Source of the DNA: an uncultured Gammaproteobacteria bacterium
GTDB lineage: Bacteria > Pseudomonadota > Gammaproteobacteria > JBGSLN01
DNA: 64,000 nucleotides
Direction of reading: 5' to 3'
Assembly: GCA_963748135.1 (NCBI GenBank)
Contig: CAVVHY010000004.1
Coordinates: 1,495 to 65,494 of the forward strand
Below are positions 10,540 through 21,580 of the stretch, piece after piece (within the stretch, counting starts at the first letter, position 1; the number at the start of each line of letters is the position of its first letter). The notes beneath the pieces were generated by a model. The model worked only from the letters and a program-made list of their open reading frames with translations. It was not told the origin of the DNA and ran no database searches. Position numbers and translations under genes: made by a program.

Positions 10540-11856
10540 TTGATATTGAATATGAAATTAAATAAAAAAATCCCCAAAATGGCACTACCATTAATTTTGT
10601 CAAATATTACCGTGCCACTGCTTGGATTGAGCAATACTATTATTGTTGGTCATTTAGCTCATAGTGATTATCTTGCGGCTATTGGTCTAGGGACAATGAT
10701 TTTTAATTTTCTATATTTGGGCTTAGGATTCTTCAGAATGTCTAGCACTGGTTTAATAGCACAAGCCTATGGTTCTAGAGATCAGCAAGAAATCAATAGT
10801 ACCCTTTTGCATAGTATAGGATTAGCTATAGTTATTGGCATACTTCTTATAGTATTGCAATATCCTCTATATCAATTTGTCAAATTATTGGTTCATCCAG
10901 ATGCGAATGTGCTACGCTTACTGAAGCAATATTATCTGATTAGAATATGGGGGGCACCTGCTGTCTTAGTTAGTTTTGTATTAGTTGGAACAATGGTAGC
11001 TATACAAAAGCCTCGTGGCCCATTGATATTATTAAGTGTCACTAACTTTCTTGCCATTATACTTGCTGTTATTTTAGTGTTTGTTTTTCATTTAAATCTT
11101 AAAGGGATTGCAATTGCTGATATAGTAGCTCAGTATATTGGGCTTATGATTGGCTTTATAGTTTTATCTGAATACTACAAGCTTAGAGAGCTTTTTGGAA
11201 ACACCCAATATCAAATTAGTAAATTGATAAAGCTCTTACATGCAAATTTTAATATTTTTATTCGTACACTTTGTCTCATTGCTGTTTTTTCATTTTTTAC
11301 TATTTGGAGTAGTCATATTAGCCCGCTAATCCTGGCAGTAAATACTCTGTTAATGAATTTCTTTCAAATCATGGCTAATGCTTTAGGTGGTTTTGATAAT
11401 GTCGCCGAAGCACTAACCGGTGAGGCCGTCGGTAAAAAACAATTGAGTTTAATTAAAAAAGTCATTATTGATGTAGGCAACTGGGTTTTATTATTTAGCC
11501 TGGCCATGACTTTAATTTATATTTTCTTTGGTGAAGCTTTAATAAATTTAATTACCAATATAACTACAGTGCGAATTACTGCCTATCAATATCTACCTTA
11601 TGTAGCATTACTGCCTATTATTTCTGTTGCCAGCTTTCTATTTGATGGCATTGCTATTGGGGCAAACCTGTTTAAAGAAATGCGTAATAGTATGATTATC
11701 ACGGTGATTCTATTTTTCTTGGTATGGTTGAGTTTGAGCAATTATGGTAATGTTGGTCTCTGGGTGTCCTTCTATAGTTTTTTTATTTTTCGAGCAATAT
11801 TTTTAGGTTATTATACCTTAAGATTCTATAAGCGATGTGTTTTATCTTTTTCTTAA
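10540..11856 (+). CDS. MATE-family efflux transporter (DinF-like)
   Basis: 438 aa with about 12 TM segments. The N-terminal PLILSNITVPLLGLSNTIIVGHL and the internal duplication pattern are typical of MATE. The start may be the ATG at 10552. Confidence 0.8.
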   Translation: MILNMKLNKKIPKMALPLILSNITVPLLGLSNTIIVGHLAHSDYLAAIGLGTMIFNFLYLGLGFFRMSSTGLIAQAYGSRDQQEINSTLLHSIGLAIVIGILLIVLQYPLYQFVKLLVHPDANVLRLLKQYYLIRIWGAPAVLVSFVLVGTMVAIQKPRGPLILLSVTNFLAIILAVILVFVFHLNLKGIAIADIVAQYIGLMIGFIVLSEYYKLRELFGNTQYQISKLIKLLHANFNIFIRTLCLIAVFSFFTIWSSHISPLILAVNTLLMNFFQIMANALGGFDNVAEALTGEAVGKKQLSLIKKVIIDVGNWVLLFSLAMTLIYIFFGEALINLITNITTVRITAYQYLPYVALLPIISVASFLFDGIAIGANLFKEMRNSMIITVILFFLVWLSLSNYGNVGLWVSFYSFFIFRAIFLGYYTLRFYKRCVLSFS

Positions 11857-12027
11857 ATAGAAAATTAAAAATCGACTCTACAAATGTTTTATAAATCAAA
11901 CTTAATCCCGATAAATTTATTGCTGGATTACCTCAGAAACGAAGTGATGAAACACCTGACACCATTCTTCTCATAATTATTCCACAGATCAAACCGCCTG
12001 TTACCAATACAGGTAACTGTATTCTAT

Positions 12028-12056
12028 TTGACCCACAATAAATCATGTGCTACAAT
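12028..12056 (+). promoter_or_regulatory. Sigma70-type promoter of paralog gene 1
   Basis: TTGACC (12028-12033), 17-nt spacer, TACAAT (12051-12056) with upstream TGC. The same architecture is conserved at 21798-21826. Confidence 0.55.
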
Positions 12057-12096
12057 GGCGCGCACATCAGATAATCTTACTGAGGAGAGATAACCG

Positions 12097-12942
12097 ATGC
12101 AACCAATTAAATCTACATTTGAATTGAGTTTAATTCCGCATGAGGAAATGGCTAAACAGCAAACATTACGTATAGGGACTCGTGGGGGCAGTTATATGGA
12201 TATTTTTACGGATAATTACTATATTCTAAAAATCGATATTGATCTTGATGATCAAGATCATGAGCTTTCCTTTACTTTTTCTGAAATTAAAAACGACCAC
12301 TGTTACTATCGTTTCTCTCACTCTCGAACACCACAAAGTGGTATGGTTGACGTACATAGCGTTTTGTTAACCAATCCTGAGTATCTATTATCAATGCTAA
12401 CAACTCTATTTACCATGAAAACAGCTGAGACTGAGATGACGGGGAAAGAAAAGATTATCGGTATTGCTGCTCCGCCACAGGATTTTAAGAGGAAGTTTCC
12501 TGTATATAAACTTGAGAAGACAGCGAATACAAGCGATAAAGAGGTCGAAGAGCATACAAGTAATATAGAAAAGACTAATTCTGCGGCAGAAGGACAGACA
12601 TTAGCCTCTGGAAATGTGGATTCGTTTACCTTATCGCGTCTACTCAAATATTTTTGTGAGCGTGATATGACGTCAGAAGAAGGTCTAGGACTAAAAACTG
12701 GGCTAATGACATTGCATTCGAGGCTCGAGACACATTATGCAGCACAGGTGCAGACACATTATGCAGCACCGGTGCAGACACAAGTGCTGCAAAAAGTTTT
12801 AAGTGAACAGTTCGGAAGAATGTCTAGAGATGTACCACCACCCCCAACTAATCCAGAAGCTAATCTTAGCTCAAGTCCTGAGTGGACTGGAGAACAACCA
12901 AAACCTTCTACTTTCTTCCACCTTACTCCTAATAATAAGTGA
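12097..12942 (+). CDS. Unknown protein, paralog family A (Pro-rich conserved C-terminus)
   Basis: 281-aa ORF with RBS GAGGAGA. N-terminus MQPIKSTFELSLIPHEEM and the C-terminal ~100 aa are near-identical to ORF 21868-22626. It contains a 24-nt tandem duplication at 12730-12777. Confidence 0.7.
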   Translation: MQPIKSTFELSLIPHEEMAKQQTLRIGTRGGSYMDIFTDNYYILKIDIDLDDQDHELSFTFSEIKNDHCYYRFSHSRTPQSGMVDVHSVLLTNPEYLLSMLTTLFTMKTAETEMTGKEKIIGIAAPPQDFKRKFPVYKLEKTANTSDKEVEEHTSNIEKTNSAAEGQTLASGNVDSFTLSRLLKYFCERDMTSEEGLGLKTGLMTLHSRLETHYAAQVQTHYAAPVQTQVLQKVLSEQFGRMSRDVPPPPTNPEANLSSSPEWTGEQPKPSTFFHLTPNNK

Positions 12943-12943
12943 T

Positions 12944-12997
12944 CTTGAATTGCAGCGTTTTGCAACGATGGGGCGCCAGAGCAACAGGCGCCTCTTT
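12944..12997. mobile_element. MITE type-1 left end, truncated
   Basis: CTTGAATTGCAGCGTTTTGCAACGATGGGGCGCCAGAGCAACAGGCGCCTCTT is identical to the start of the complete copy at 22628. Homology stops at 12997. Confidence 0.7.
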
Positions 12998-13099
12998 CCT
13001 TCCATGGCCCTCGGCGTTTCGCCCCGCGCTTCGCGCGCCCAAATTGGCTTTCCTGCCAATTTGTCGAACGTAATCTCTATTTATTTCGTCGGCCGTTCG
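12998..13099. repeat. Repeat-C, GC-rich ~101-nt unit (copy 1)
   Basis: Near-identical to 27352-27452. It contains hairpins GCGCGAAGCGCG-type and TTGGCTTTCCTGCCAA. Confidence 0.7.
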
Positions 13100-13226
13100 T
13101 AGCCAGGAGACGTTCCACTTATTTCTTTATTAATCAATATATTGCGATGCACGACGTGAGTAAAATGTAGCCTATAATAGCCTGGGATACATAAGAAAAG
13201 CGTTAATGATCTACAATTTACCTACA
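13091..13226 (-). repeat. Degenerate tRNA-Arg fragment junction plus Repeat-A arm (copy a)
   Basis: GGCCGTTCG|TAGCCAGG equals the 27444-27553 arrangement with the segment between two GTTCG motifs deleted. The arm 13108-13226 is homologous to 27554-27672 and 31987-32107. Confidence 0.65.
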
Positions 13227-13279
13227 CCATTATAATTTGCTTACACAGCTTGAGTTTTATCAAAACATAGATTATAGTA

Positions 13280-14632
13280 ATGATAGTTACGGTAATTAAG
13301 GTTTCTATAATGAGTTTTTACCACAGAAATAAAGAGCTTGATATTTTACAACTCACCTACAACCAAGCAAAAACTAGCGCTAGAATGGTCGTTATCACTG
13401 GCAGACGACGCGTGGGCAAGACCATGTTAGCTCTGAAACATGCTGAAAATAAGCCTCATATTTATCTATTCATTGCTAAGAAAGCTGAAAAACTTTTATG
13501 CATGGAGTTTCACAAGCTGATTTCCCAAACATTTGATATACCTATGCTAGGTGAAATATACGAGTTTAAAGATATATTCCAGATGTTACTAGAATTATCT
13601 AAACAACGACGCTTTGTTTTAATCATTGATGAATTCCAAGAATTTATCAATATAAACCCGTCCGTTTATTCTGACATTCAATCAATGTGGGATATAAATA
13701 AAGATAGCAGCCACATGCAAGTGCTATTTTTAGGATCTGTATACTCGTTAATGCATCGTATATTTGAAGACTCTCACGAACCTTTGTTTGGCAGAGCAGA
13801 TCGCCTATTTCATCTACGCCCCTTCAATCCGAAAGAATGTTATGAAATATTGAAACAACAGAATCATGATAGTATCCAGACGCTATTTAATTACTACGTT
13901 TTTACTGGTTTTACACCCAAGTACATTGATATGCTAATGACAAATAAAGCCTTCAGTGAGAAATCAATTATTAACTACATCTTCTCACCTGGATGCCCAC
14001 TGCTAGATGAGGGTCGCACTGTACTTATCGAAGAATTTGGGAAAGAATATGGCATTTATTTTTCGATTCTCGAACTCATTGCGGCGGGCTTTACTAGTCG
14101 TGGTCAAATAGAGTCAATCTTACAACGAGACACTGGTGGCTATTTAGAAAAACTTGACCGTGACTATGGTGTCATCAAAAAATTTAAACCCATCACTGCT
14201 AAACCTAATGCAAGACTACAGAAATATCATTTACGAGATAATTTTTTGCGTTTTTGGTTTCGCTTCATTTACAGAAATAGAACTGCAGTCGAAACAGAGA
14301 ACTTTGAATATTTAAAGGAAATTATCGCAAGAGATATACAGACTTACAAAGGCAAATTATTGGAAAACTTTTTTTATGACTGCTTTGCAATGTCTAAACA
14401 GTACAATAAGTTAGGCTCTTATTGGGAAAGAGATGGCTCAAATGAGATTGATCTGGTAGCGATCAATGATATGCATAAGAAACTCGTTATTTGTGAGGTC
14501 AAGTTACAGTATAGTAAAATTGACCTCAGCATCTTAAAGGCCAAATCAACGAAACTTTTAACATTTTATCCAGGTTATGATGTCAAATACTTAGGATTAA
14601 CACTTAATGACGCCGAAGACTATCTAAAATAA
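13280..14632 (+). CDS. ATP-binding protein, archaeal-ATPase/DUF234-like (STAND-like NTPase)
   Basis: Walker A GRRRVGKT, Walker B LIIDEFQ, about 450 aa. The likely true start is MSFYHRNKEL at 13310. Confidence 0.75.
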   Translation: MIVTVIKVSIMSFYHRNKELDILQLTYNQAKTSARMVVITGRRRVGKTMLALKHAENKPHIYLFIAKKAEKLLCMEFHKLISQTFDIPMLGEIYEFKDIFQMLLELSKQRRFVLIIDEFQEFININPSVYSDIQSMWDINKDSSHMQVLFLGSVYSLMHRIFEDSHEPLFGRADRLFHLRPFNPKECYEILKQQNHDSIQTLFNYYVFTGFTPKYIDMLMTNKAFSEKSIINYIFSPGCPLLDEGRTVLIEEFGKEYGIYFSILELIAAGFTSRGQIESILQRDTGGYLEKLDRDYGVIKKFKPITAKPNARLQKYHLRDNFLRFWFRFIYRNRTAVETENFEYLKEIIARDIQTYKGKLLENFFYDCFAMSKQYNKLGSYWERDGSNEIDLVAINDMHKKLVICEVKLQYSKIDLSILKAKSTKLLTFYPGYDVKYLGLTLNDAEDYLK

Positions 14633-14642
14633 TATGTGTGAT

Positions 14643-15094
14643 TCATAGAGATCGTTTCAATTCTCGAAGCTTCATCTCCAAATAATAATTGGCTTCTTGA
14701 ATATGTTCTTTAGATAAGTCATACATGTCACAAACTTGCTCTTGTAAAGGAGTTTTATTTATCAATTCAGAGACCACTTGAGAAGGTGTTTTTCCATTGA
14801 GCCCACCATGAGGACGATTCCAATTATAATAAAACTGCCAATATCCCAGCTCTTCACTTAAAGCTTCAAATTTGGAAAATTCAGCAATTGCATAAAACTC
14901 TTCAAGATCAGTTTTTTGTGAACGTTCGACCTTGCCGTTTAAATGTGGCGAAGCAGGTTTAACTGGCCTAAATTTTATTCCATATTCCATAAATTTCTGT
15001 TGGACTTTATGAGCAAAAAATTCACGGCCACGGTCACTTTGAATACGTTGAATAAGAAAAGGAAATTCTTCAATCATTTTCTCGATAAAATCAA
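14643..15094 (-). pseudogene. IS481-family transposase, C-terminal fragment
   Basis: ..PFLIQRIQSDRGREF..PASPHLNGKVERSQKT.. parallels the intact IS481-family transposase at 46558-47556. It is cut at 15095 by the IS21-like element. Confidence 0.75.
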
Positions 15095-15166
15095 TGTGAA
15101 GGATCGCTGAAAATGGCCCCAGAGGGATCGGGAAATTGGCCCCACCGCCATCAAAAAAATTTATCG

Positions 15167-15970
15167 TTATTTTTGTATTCGATCAACCTTTTTTAAATCT
15201 TTATTTTTTGCTTTTCTGCCAAGTGTTTGAGCAAGGCGTACGGACTTTTCACCTGTTTCAATGATATGTGCTTTATGAGTCACACGGTCAATGATGGCTT
15301 TGCAAAGCCTTGGATCGGCGATGACCTTGGTCCATTCACTAAAAGACAAATTCGTGGTTATAATTAAAGGTCTTTTTTCTTGTCGGTAACTCAGTACTTG
15401 AAAGATCAGTTCACCGTCAACTTGACTGAGTGGCACATAACCAAACTCATCAATAATTAATAAATCAACATGTCCATAGCGATGAATGATACTGGTCAGG
15501 GTACGTCCGTCTTTCGCTTCAATCAGTTGATTGGCTAATTAGGCAAGTGTTGTGAATTTTACTTTATAGCCCGTCTTGGCTGCTGCATAACCTAATGCAA
15601 TGGCGAGATGTGTCTTCCCGGTACCCGGTTCTCCCATCAGGATGACGGGTTCAGCTTGTCCTATATATTCACACTTGGTGAGACCAAGCAATTGATGCTG
15701 AGGTAGATGAGCAGCCAGGTCAAAATTAAATTCGTCGAGCGTTTTGCAAAAAGGGAATTTGGCATTTGCAATTCGCCGTATGGTCGCGCGGGATTGTTTG
15801 TCTTCGACTTCAAGTTCGAGTAATTGAATTAAATAGTCTTCATATGACCACTGTTGTTGTTTAGCATCTGCTGCTAATGTGTTCGCGTGCATTGGCAATG
15901 TTGATAATTTTAAATAGGTTGCCAAGGCTTTGAGTTGCTCAGATTGCATGGATTGACATGTCTTCATCAA
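15167..15970 (-). pseudogene. istB: IS21 helper ATPase IstB, split in two frames
   Basis: The 143-aa part has Walker A GEPGTGKTH. The 89-aa part carries the C-terminal IstB region (..IITTNLSFSEW..DRVTHKAHIIE). A frame break lies between 15436 and 15539. Confidence 0.75.
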
Positions 15971-17180
15971 TGATTTCCTCCTGTGATTAATAATTCATCG
16001 TAATGCGTTGATTGACTCGGGTTTCGCTGAAACCCTGTGAGTTGGTGGCATTTTTGGAAAAAGCTTTTTGGCTCAGGACATTTTGGTGAGAGTAGCTGTT
16101 TAATTACATCAATGGATAGCCATTGCAGCGCTAGGGCCTGATGCACAGCCTTTAAAAGCGAGTCATTTGAATAATGCCGATGTAAAAACAAAACATCCAG
16201 AAACTGTCGTGTGCCGTCAAACTGGCCAAAGCGATCGATCAGAAGCCGCCAAAACTCATCATAGCATGCCGGCCAATTTGATTCGGCTTTCGCTTGCTTG
16301 AAAGGCAAGGCATTGGCCAATGCCCCAGGTTTTTGCCATAAAAACTCAAGATAGTGATCGAGCTTTGTTTTAATCGCATAAGCAAGGTGGGCACGTTCAT
16401 GACTTGCGACTTGTTGGCCTTGGAAATACGCCGCTACATGATGGCTCGATAAGTTAACCGTGACTGATTGATGAATGAGATAAACCGGGACTGAATACCG
16501 TTGACTTTTTAAGGTGATCAAGCTTCGACTGTTGACCTGACAGGTGATAGTTTCTCGCGCATCAAAGGCTTGTTTTGGCAAGGCTAAAAGCTTTGGATGC
16601 TCAGCTTGCCAATCATGATCAATCGAATGTGTCTTGCCAACAATCGTCCTGGCATCGTCCTCTTGACAAGCCGCAAGCAAATAACGATTAAGTGATGGGT
16701 AATCATCAAACGTTGGCACAGGGACCAGGTGTTGTCGCCTAAATCGCCCAACACCACATTCAACCCCACCTTTTTCATGCGCCCCGACTTTGCCGGGCCG
16801 ACAAAAGACGGCTTCAAATAAATAATGAGACTTCAGTAGAGTAAACCGTTCGGACTCTTTGCGTTGTCGCCCTTTAAGGACTTTGCTTACCGCCGAGGTC
16901 AAATTATCGTAACGAATCTTTTTAAACACGCCGCCAAAGTAATTAAAGGCATGAACGTGCGCTTCTAAGAATGCCTGTTGGGTACAGCGGGGGAATGCCA
17001 TATGAAATTCACGCCCACTATAACACGCTCGCATTTGAAAAAATTAAGCCTTCTGGCGTTGGCCCCAAGGGAAATCGACATATGCCTCATACCAATCGAC
17101 CGTATAGAAAGGTTTGCTATGAAATAGTCTTTTCTGATATGTTCAAATAGCTCCACTTTAGTCACCTTAACTACCTCCAT
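15967..17180 (-). pseudogene. istA: IS21 transposase IstA, N-terminal region deleted or frameshifted
   Basis: The 355-aa ORF carries the catalytic-core-like region (..FGGVFKKIRYDNLTSAV..). Only a short HTH-like N-terminal piece (VELFEHIRKDYFIANLSIRSI) survives, in another frame. Confidence 0.65.
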
Positions 17181-17461
17181 TACTGTTTTTATTTAGCAAA
17201 AAAACATTGTAATGGATTTGTTCAACTAAGGTGGGGCCAAATACGTGATCCTTTTCCCCCTAAGTGGGGCCATTTTCAGCGATCCTTCACATTAGGGATG
17301 GCGGTGCTAGATAATAGCTCAGGGAGTAAAGTTGGAACGAAAACGTTTCATCATGTGAATAAGCATGCAAAGCGAACGATGATGACTGCCATAGCACGCC
17401 ATGTTGAGCACTGTGCTGAGTCAAAAAATATTATGACAAAAAACGTCTCTTAGGGAAAAAG

Positions 17462-17557
17462 CATAATCAAGCGATACGAGCTACAGGTAGGCATATGGTA
17501 CGAGTCATGTGGTCTATGCTGAAAAATCAGCGCGATTATGAAGTTAAGGGTATATAG
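17462..17557 (+). pseudogene. IS110-family transposase C-terminal tail (remnant)
   Basis: Translation HNQAIRATGRHMVRVMWSMLKNQRDYEVKGI* resembles the conserved C-terminal helix of IS110-family transposases. Upstream frames are broken. Confidence 0.4.
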
Positions 17558-17711
17558 GAAAAAGTAAAAGCTATAGATATAAAGCAAATTGTGGTCTACA
17601 CGGATAGTTAGTGTATAACGCTCTGTGGGAAATTCCTATTCGAAAATGGCAGCTTTCAATATTAGATATTTATTAATATTTTTCTTGAAAATTCTAGCGG
17701 GATGTTCGGAG

Positions 17712-17905
17712 CTTGAATTGCCGCATTTTGCAAAAAATTTGGATATATACTCTTGTCTCTTCAAAGACTGACATCGAAGTTACTAAAATCAATGAGCAAG
17801 GGTTAGTTATATTTTATTGATACTTTAGGTGATTATTCTTAACCAGTAGCTGTAAATTAATATGTACTCTGACACCAATATTTTTGCAAAATGCGGCAAT
17901 TCAAG
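17712..17905. mobile_element. MITE type-1, complete copy (194 bp)
   Basis: Perfect 24-bp TIRs: CTTGAATTGCCGCATTTTGCAAAA (17712-17735) and TTTTGCAAAATGCGGCAATTCAAG (17882-17905). Confidence 0.85.
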
Positions 17906-17972
17906 AATCCGACCCCGCTGTTCACGACCCCGCTGTTCCTGGAAGCCACTTTATCAGGAACCAATTCAAAAA

Positions 17973-18812
17973 CTACAATTCAAGCATTTTCTTTAACTTA
18001 TCCACCATCATTTCTTTTTTCTTTTTCGTCATCTTATTAACATTAAATACTTTCCATCGTATCGCAGGCAATTCTTTCAAGTTATTAAAAGGCAACAAGT
18101 CCCACTCAGGCTCTCCAGACTTAATTGACAATAAAAATTTTCGTTCATTAACATTTAGAATTTTGCGTATATCTTCAAACAATGTCTTTCTTATATCAAT
18201 TAAAGTTTGATATGCAATAGGTTCATCAGTCATGCCCACAAATTCTTTTTCATATAAATGTCGTATATCAAGAAAATTAGGCTCAAGCAATTCAGACATC
18301 GGGCGTGCTCCACTTGCTAAATATACAACAAAAGCTTCTTTTATTGAGGTTGTTATACCTCCATGATCATAAAGTAATTTTATATCAAATAAATCTCTAG
18401 GATGTTGCCGATCTAATGCCGCACATATTTTTCCTGCATAAACCTCATCAGAACTTAATAATGGAATATCCAAAACCGTGAGCTCCAATAAATTTTCTAC
18501 TCGAGCAGATAGATTTATTTTTTCTACTGACCGAAGTGTTCCTCGCAGGTTAATATTCGGTTCAATAATTATTTGCACATTGTTACGTTCTACAAAGAGT
18601 TTTGTTAAATTGTTATTGGATTGTATTCTTTTTTCTGTAATAACAGCTTCAGGAAATCGCTGTATTATTGTTGACTTTATTGTTAATAATGCTGTTTCTA
18701 TTTCAGATAATGCCAGATCACGTTCATTTATCGGTACATACACTAAATCGATATCCACAGAAACACGAGGCATATCACGTAAAAATAAATTAATTGCCGT
18801 ACCACCTTTCAA
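17973..18812 (-). CDS. abiEii: AbiEii/AbiGii-family nucleotidyltransferase toxin (type IV TA)
   Basis: Has KGGTAINLF..RVSVDIDLVY and later RDLFD motifs. The frame stays open upstream to ~18870 (..QEQLELLLSVLPVVAEQSCFCL) with no obvious canonical start. Confidence 0.75.
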   Translation of the reverse strand: MKGGTAINLFLRDMPRVSVDIDLVYVPINERDLALSEIETALLTIKSTIIQRFPEAVITEKRIQSNNNLTKLFVERNNVQIIIEPNINLRGTLRSVEKINLSARVENLLELTVLDIPLLSSDEVYAGKICAALDRQHPRDLFDIKLLYDHGGITTSIKEAFVVYLASGARPMSELLEPNFLDIRHLYEKEFVGMTDEPIAYQTLIDIRKTLFEDIRKILNVNERKFLLSIKSGEPEWDLLPFNNLKELPAIRWKVFNVNKMTKKKKEMMVDKLKKMLEL

Positions 18813-18885
18813 GCAAAAACAACTTTGTTCTGCAACGACAGGTAAAACGCTTAAAAGTAATTCTAATTGCTCCTGATACTAGTTC

Positions 18886-19710
18886 TTAATAGCCACTATA
18901 ATCCTCATCATTATTAAAATTAGGTATAGATATTTGATATTTTGCTATATATCTACCACCGTGGCTAATCTGTCTTTTACCTTTTCCTATATCTATCTTC
19001 TTTAGGTCAAGTTGTTTAAACCAGGGGTGATTTTGTTCTTCTGCTAGATATAAAAATAGACGTTTTACTTTTATTGAACTACAACATTCTAATAACTGTT
19101 GTAATAAGTGAGGCCTTAACGTTCTTAATTTATCCATCAAAGTGGCAACATGTTCTAGTGCTACTCTATCAGGTGCTAAATACAAACACTCTATTATTGC
19201 TCGCTCTGGCGAAGCGATAACTACAGAAAAATTACCTAAATCCTTTTCTTGTAATCCAATATCTTCACATGAACTCAATAAATTTGCTTTAACTGTATTA
19301 AATGAAAATAGTTGTTTAGGCCAAGTAGGTATTTTTCGTGACTGCTGGCTATCTACAAACAACCATATCGGTGCACCTTCACGCAATGAAATATATTGAC
19401 CTTTGCCAAGCATATCTAATGCTGTACTTGCCGCAATGTGAAGTTTTAAATGGAGCCCTTCTTGTAAAGCGTAAACCATACCTGGCCACTCCACTGAGTC
19501 TCCTTTTCTGATGTACACAGCGCGTGCAATCCTCTCTAACCACCCATATTGACAATAACGCTGAGCTAATTGCCGATAGACCTCAAAACCATCTAGCCAC
19601 TCTTGAGTAGCTACAGTCCCTTTTGGCCAGCATTTTAAAAGATGGTTTATTTTAGAACCATTTTGACTATCCATGATTTTCATTATAGCTTTAAAATAAA
19701 CTCCATACAA
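18886..19710 (-). CDS. abiEi: AbiEi-family antitoxin / transcriptional regulator
   Basis: ~270-aa protein directly upstream of the NTase gene, as in AbiE operons. N-terminal wHTH-like region. The probable start is MKIMDSQ or MDSQ near 19683-19674. Confidence 0.7.
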   Translation of the reverse strand: MYGVYFKAIMKIMDSQNGSKINHLLKCWPKGTVATQEWLDGFEVYRQLAQRYCQYGWLERIARAVYIRKGDSVEWPGMVYALQEGLHLKLHIAASTALDMLGKGQYISLREGAPIWLFVDSQQSRKIPTWPKQLFSFNTVKANLLSSCEDIGLQEKDLGNFSVVIASPERAIIECLYLAPDRVALEHVATLMDKLRTLRPHLLQQLLECCSSIKVKRLFLYLAEEQNHPWFKQLDLKKIDIGKGKRQISHGGRYIAKYQISIPNFNNDEDYSGY

Positions 19711-20251
19711 GGTTTAGTTTGTATTAAAACTATAACGACAATCTCAGGTTGTCTTTTTGGAGTAAAAATAAACTTTAAATGAAGGCTACGGAGCCATCAC
19801 CTACTAAATTCTATGGTAGACCCCGCTATTCCCTTGAGTCGATAATTAACTATTTGTATTATAAACTGATATGCCCATGCTCTGAGCCACTAACGGGTTG
19901 GTTAATAACCAATGTATTGTCATTAAGCTCTTAGGAGCCCAACGACTTGGACAGAGCACGGTACTAAATAATTTCTGAGGCAGTTAAGGTCAAGGGCACA
20001 TCAATCTTCTCTTAGGAACATTGATAAAACGCCTGAATTCACATGGGTGACTAGTGCATATTAGTGACACCTCACTTGAAAATTTTAGGTGCATAATTCA
20101 GTTATAACAACAGATAGATAGTTGCTTAATAAGATGGTTTGAAATAGTTAACCATAAAAATTGCTTTTGCCTGTGGACTACGGATTTTCTAATGGGTGAC
20201 ACCATTCTTCCCTGAGGTAGTCAATATGCAGCCTATGGCTATTGATGTTTA

Positions 20252-20317
20252 ATGGCAAAATATGGCATACAGTGCAGCATGAGCCGTAAAGGTAATTGCT
20301 ATGATAATGCAGGGATG
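20252..20317 (+). pseudogene. IS3-family transposase OrfB fragment
   Basis: Translation [21 protein letters not shown] matches the ..[18 protein letters not shown].. block of the intact IS3 copies in this window. Confidence 0.6.
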
Positions 20318-20390
20318 GATAAAATGATGTTATTATCTCAGCTCTGGAGTTAATAGTTATAATCGTAGTAGTTGAATTTAGCTGGATAAA

Positions 20391-21569
20391 ATGAGCAGCA
20401 AATTGTTTAATGTTATTTTGCCCATCGTTTGTGGATTAACCGCTGCCAATGTTTATTACATACAACCGCTTATACCTGATGCGGCTCATGTTACAGGAAT
20501 GGGTTATGACCTCATTTCAATGATCTATACTGTGGCCTTAATTGGTAACGCTATAGCACTGATTTTTATTACTCCAATGGGCGATTTTGTTGATAGGAAA
20601 AAAATCATTTCTAGCTTATATCTGATGTTATTTCTAGCATTACTTCTTTTTTATTTTATTGGTAATGTTTATGTTCTTATTGCAATTTCATTTTTTATTG
20701 GGTTAGGAGCATGTGTAATTCCCTTTATTATTGCCTATCTTGGGACTAATAAGACATCTGGTATTGCTAGCATTGGTAAAATAATGGCGGGAGTATTGTT
20801 TGGTATTTTATTGTCGCGCTTTGTATCGAGTTTTTTTGCATCAATTTGGGGTTGGAAGTCAATATATTTATTCGGTGCTGGATGTATGTTGATCGCCCTG
20901 ATTTTAATTGGCTATTTTTTACCACAAAATGATTCCAAGGAAAAAAAGCGTATCGGATATTTTAAAATGGCGTTTAGTTCATTTTCTTTACTAAAATCAA
21001 ATGCAAGTGTTCGTTTGTATAGTGTCTGTGGTTTTTTAATAATGGCCGTTTTCGCAGCTTTCTGGAATAACATTTCTATTTATTTGAAATACCAATTTAG
21101 TTTTGATCAATTTTCAATAGGGTTATTTTCTCTTGCTGGTGTTCTAGGCGCTTTGTCTGCAATGTTTTTTAATAAAATTTTCAAATTCTTTAATGCTAGC
21201 AATATAGTATTATTTCTATTGCTATTTGCTATTTTTTTATTGATGGTTTTCTATTCCAGTTACTTAGTCATATTAGTTTTACTAACATTAGCATTGGATA
21301 GTTTAATACAGCTGATTCATGTTAATAATCAAGTTAATATGTATGGAAATTGTAGTGGGAATGAGTCAAGAGCGGCTAGCTGCTATATGACATTCTTTAT
21401 CTTAGGCGGTGCAATTGGCGCAAAATCATCAGCATATCTCTATTTAACACATGGTTGGGTAGGTTTATCTATTTTTGGCGCTTGTCTTTGTATTGTGGGA
21501 TTAATATTGAGTGTTAAAAAAACTATAACCACGAGGAGGCTGCTCTGCCCCCATTCTAATGGACACTAA
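20391..21569 (+). CDS. MFS-type transporter
   Basis: 392 aa with about 12 TM segments and a GDFVDRKK loop motif after TM2. Confidence 0.7.
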   Translation: MSSKLFNVILPIVCGLTAANVYYIQPLIPDAAHVTGMGYDLISMIYTVALIGNAIALIFITPMGDFVDRKKIISSLYLMLFLALLLFYFIGNVYVLIAISFFIGLGACVIPFIIAYLGTNKTSGIASIGKIMAGVLFGILLSRFVSSFFASIWGWKSIYLFGAGCMLIALILIGYFLPQNDSKEKKRIGYFKMAFSSFSLLKSNASVRLYSVCGFLIMAVFAAFWNNISIYLKYQFSFDQFSIGLFSLAGVLGALSAMFFNKIFKFFNASNIVLFLLLFAIFLLMVFYSSYLVILVLLTLALDSLIQLIHVNNQVNMYGNCSGNESRAASCYMTFFILGGAIGAKSSAYLYLTHGWVGLSIFGACLCIVGLILSVKKTITTRRLLCPHSNGH

Positions 21570-21580
21570 ATTAGAATAGC

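Larger units (their letters stand above)
15095..17291 (-). mobile_element. IS21-family element, decayed (2197 bp)
   Basis: Perfect 26-bp terminal inverted repeats TGTGAAGGATCGCTGAAAATGGCCCC lie at 15095-15120 and (reverse complement) 17266-17291. It carries istA and istB remnants. Confidence 0.8.

Noticed and set aside
12759..12965. ORFs starting MQNAAIQ.. (also 22443-22649 and 17884-18210) as a conserved small protein family
   Set aside because: The shared N-terminus is simply the translation of the type-1 MITE terminal repeat. The remainder is antisense to real genes or lies in non-coding sequence.
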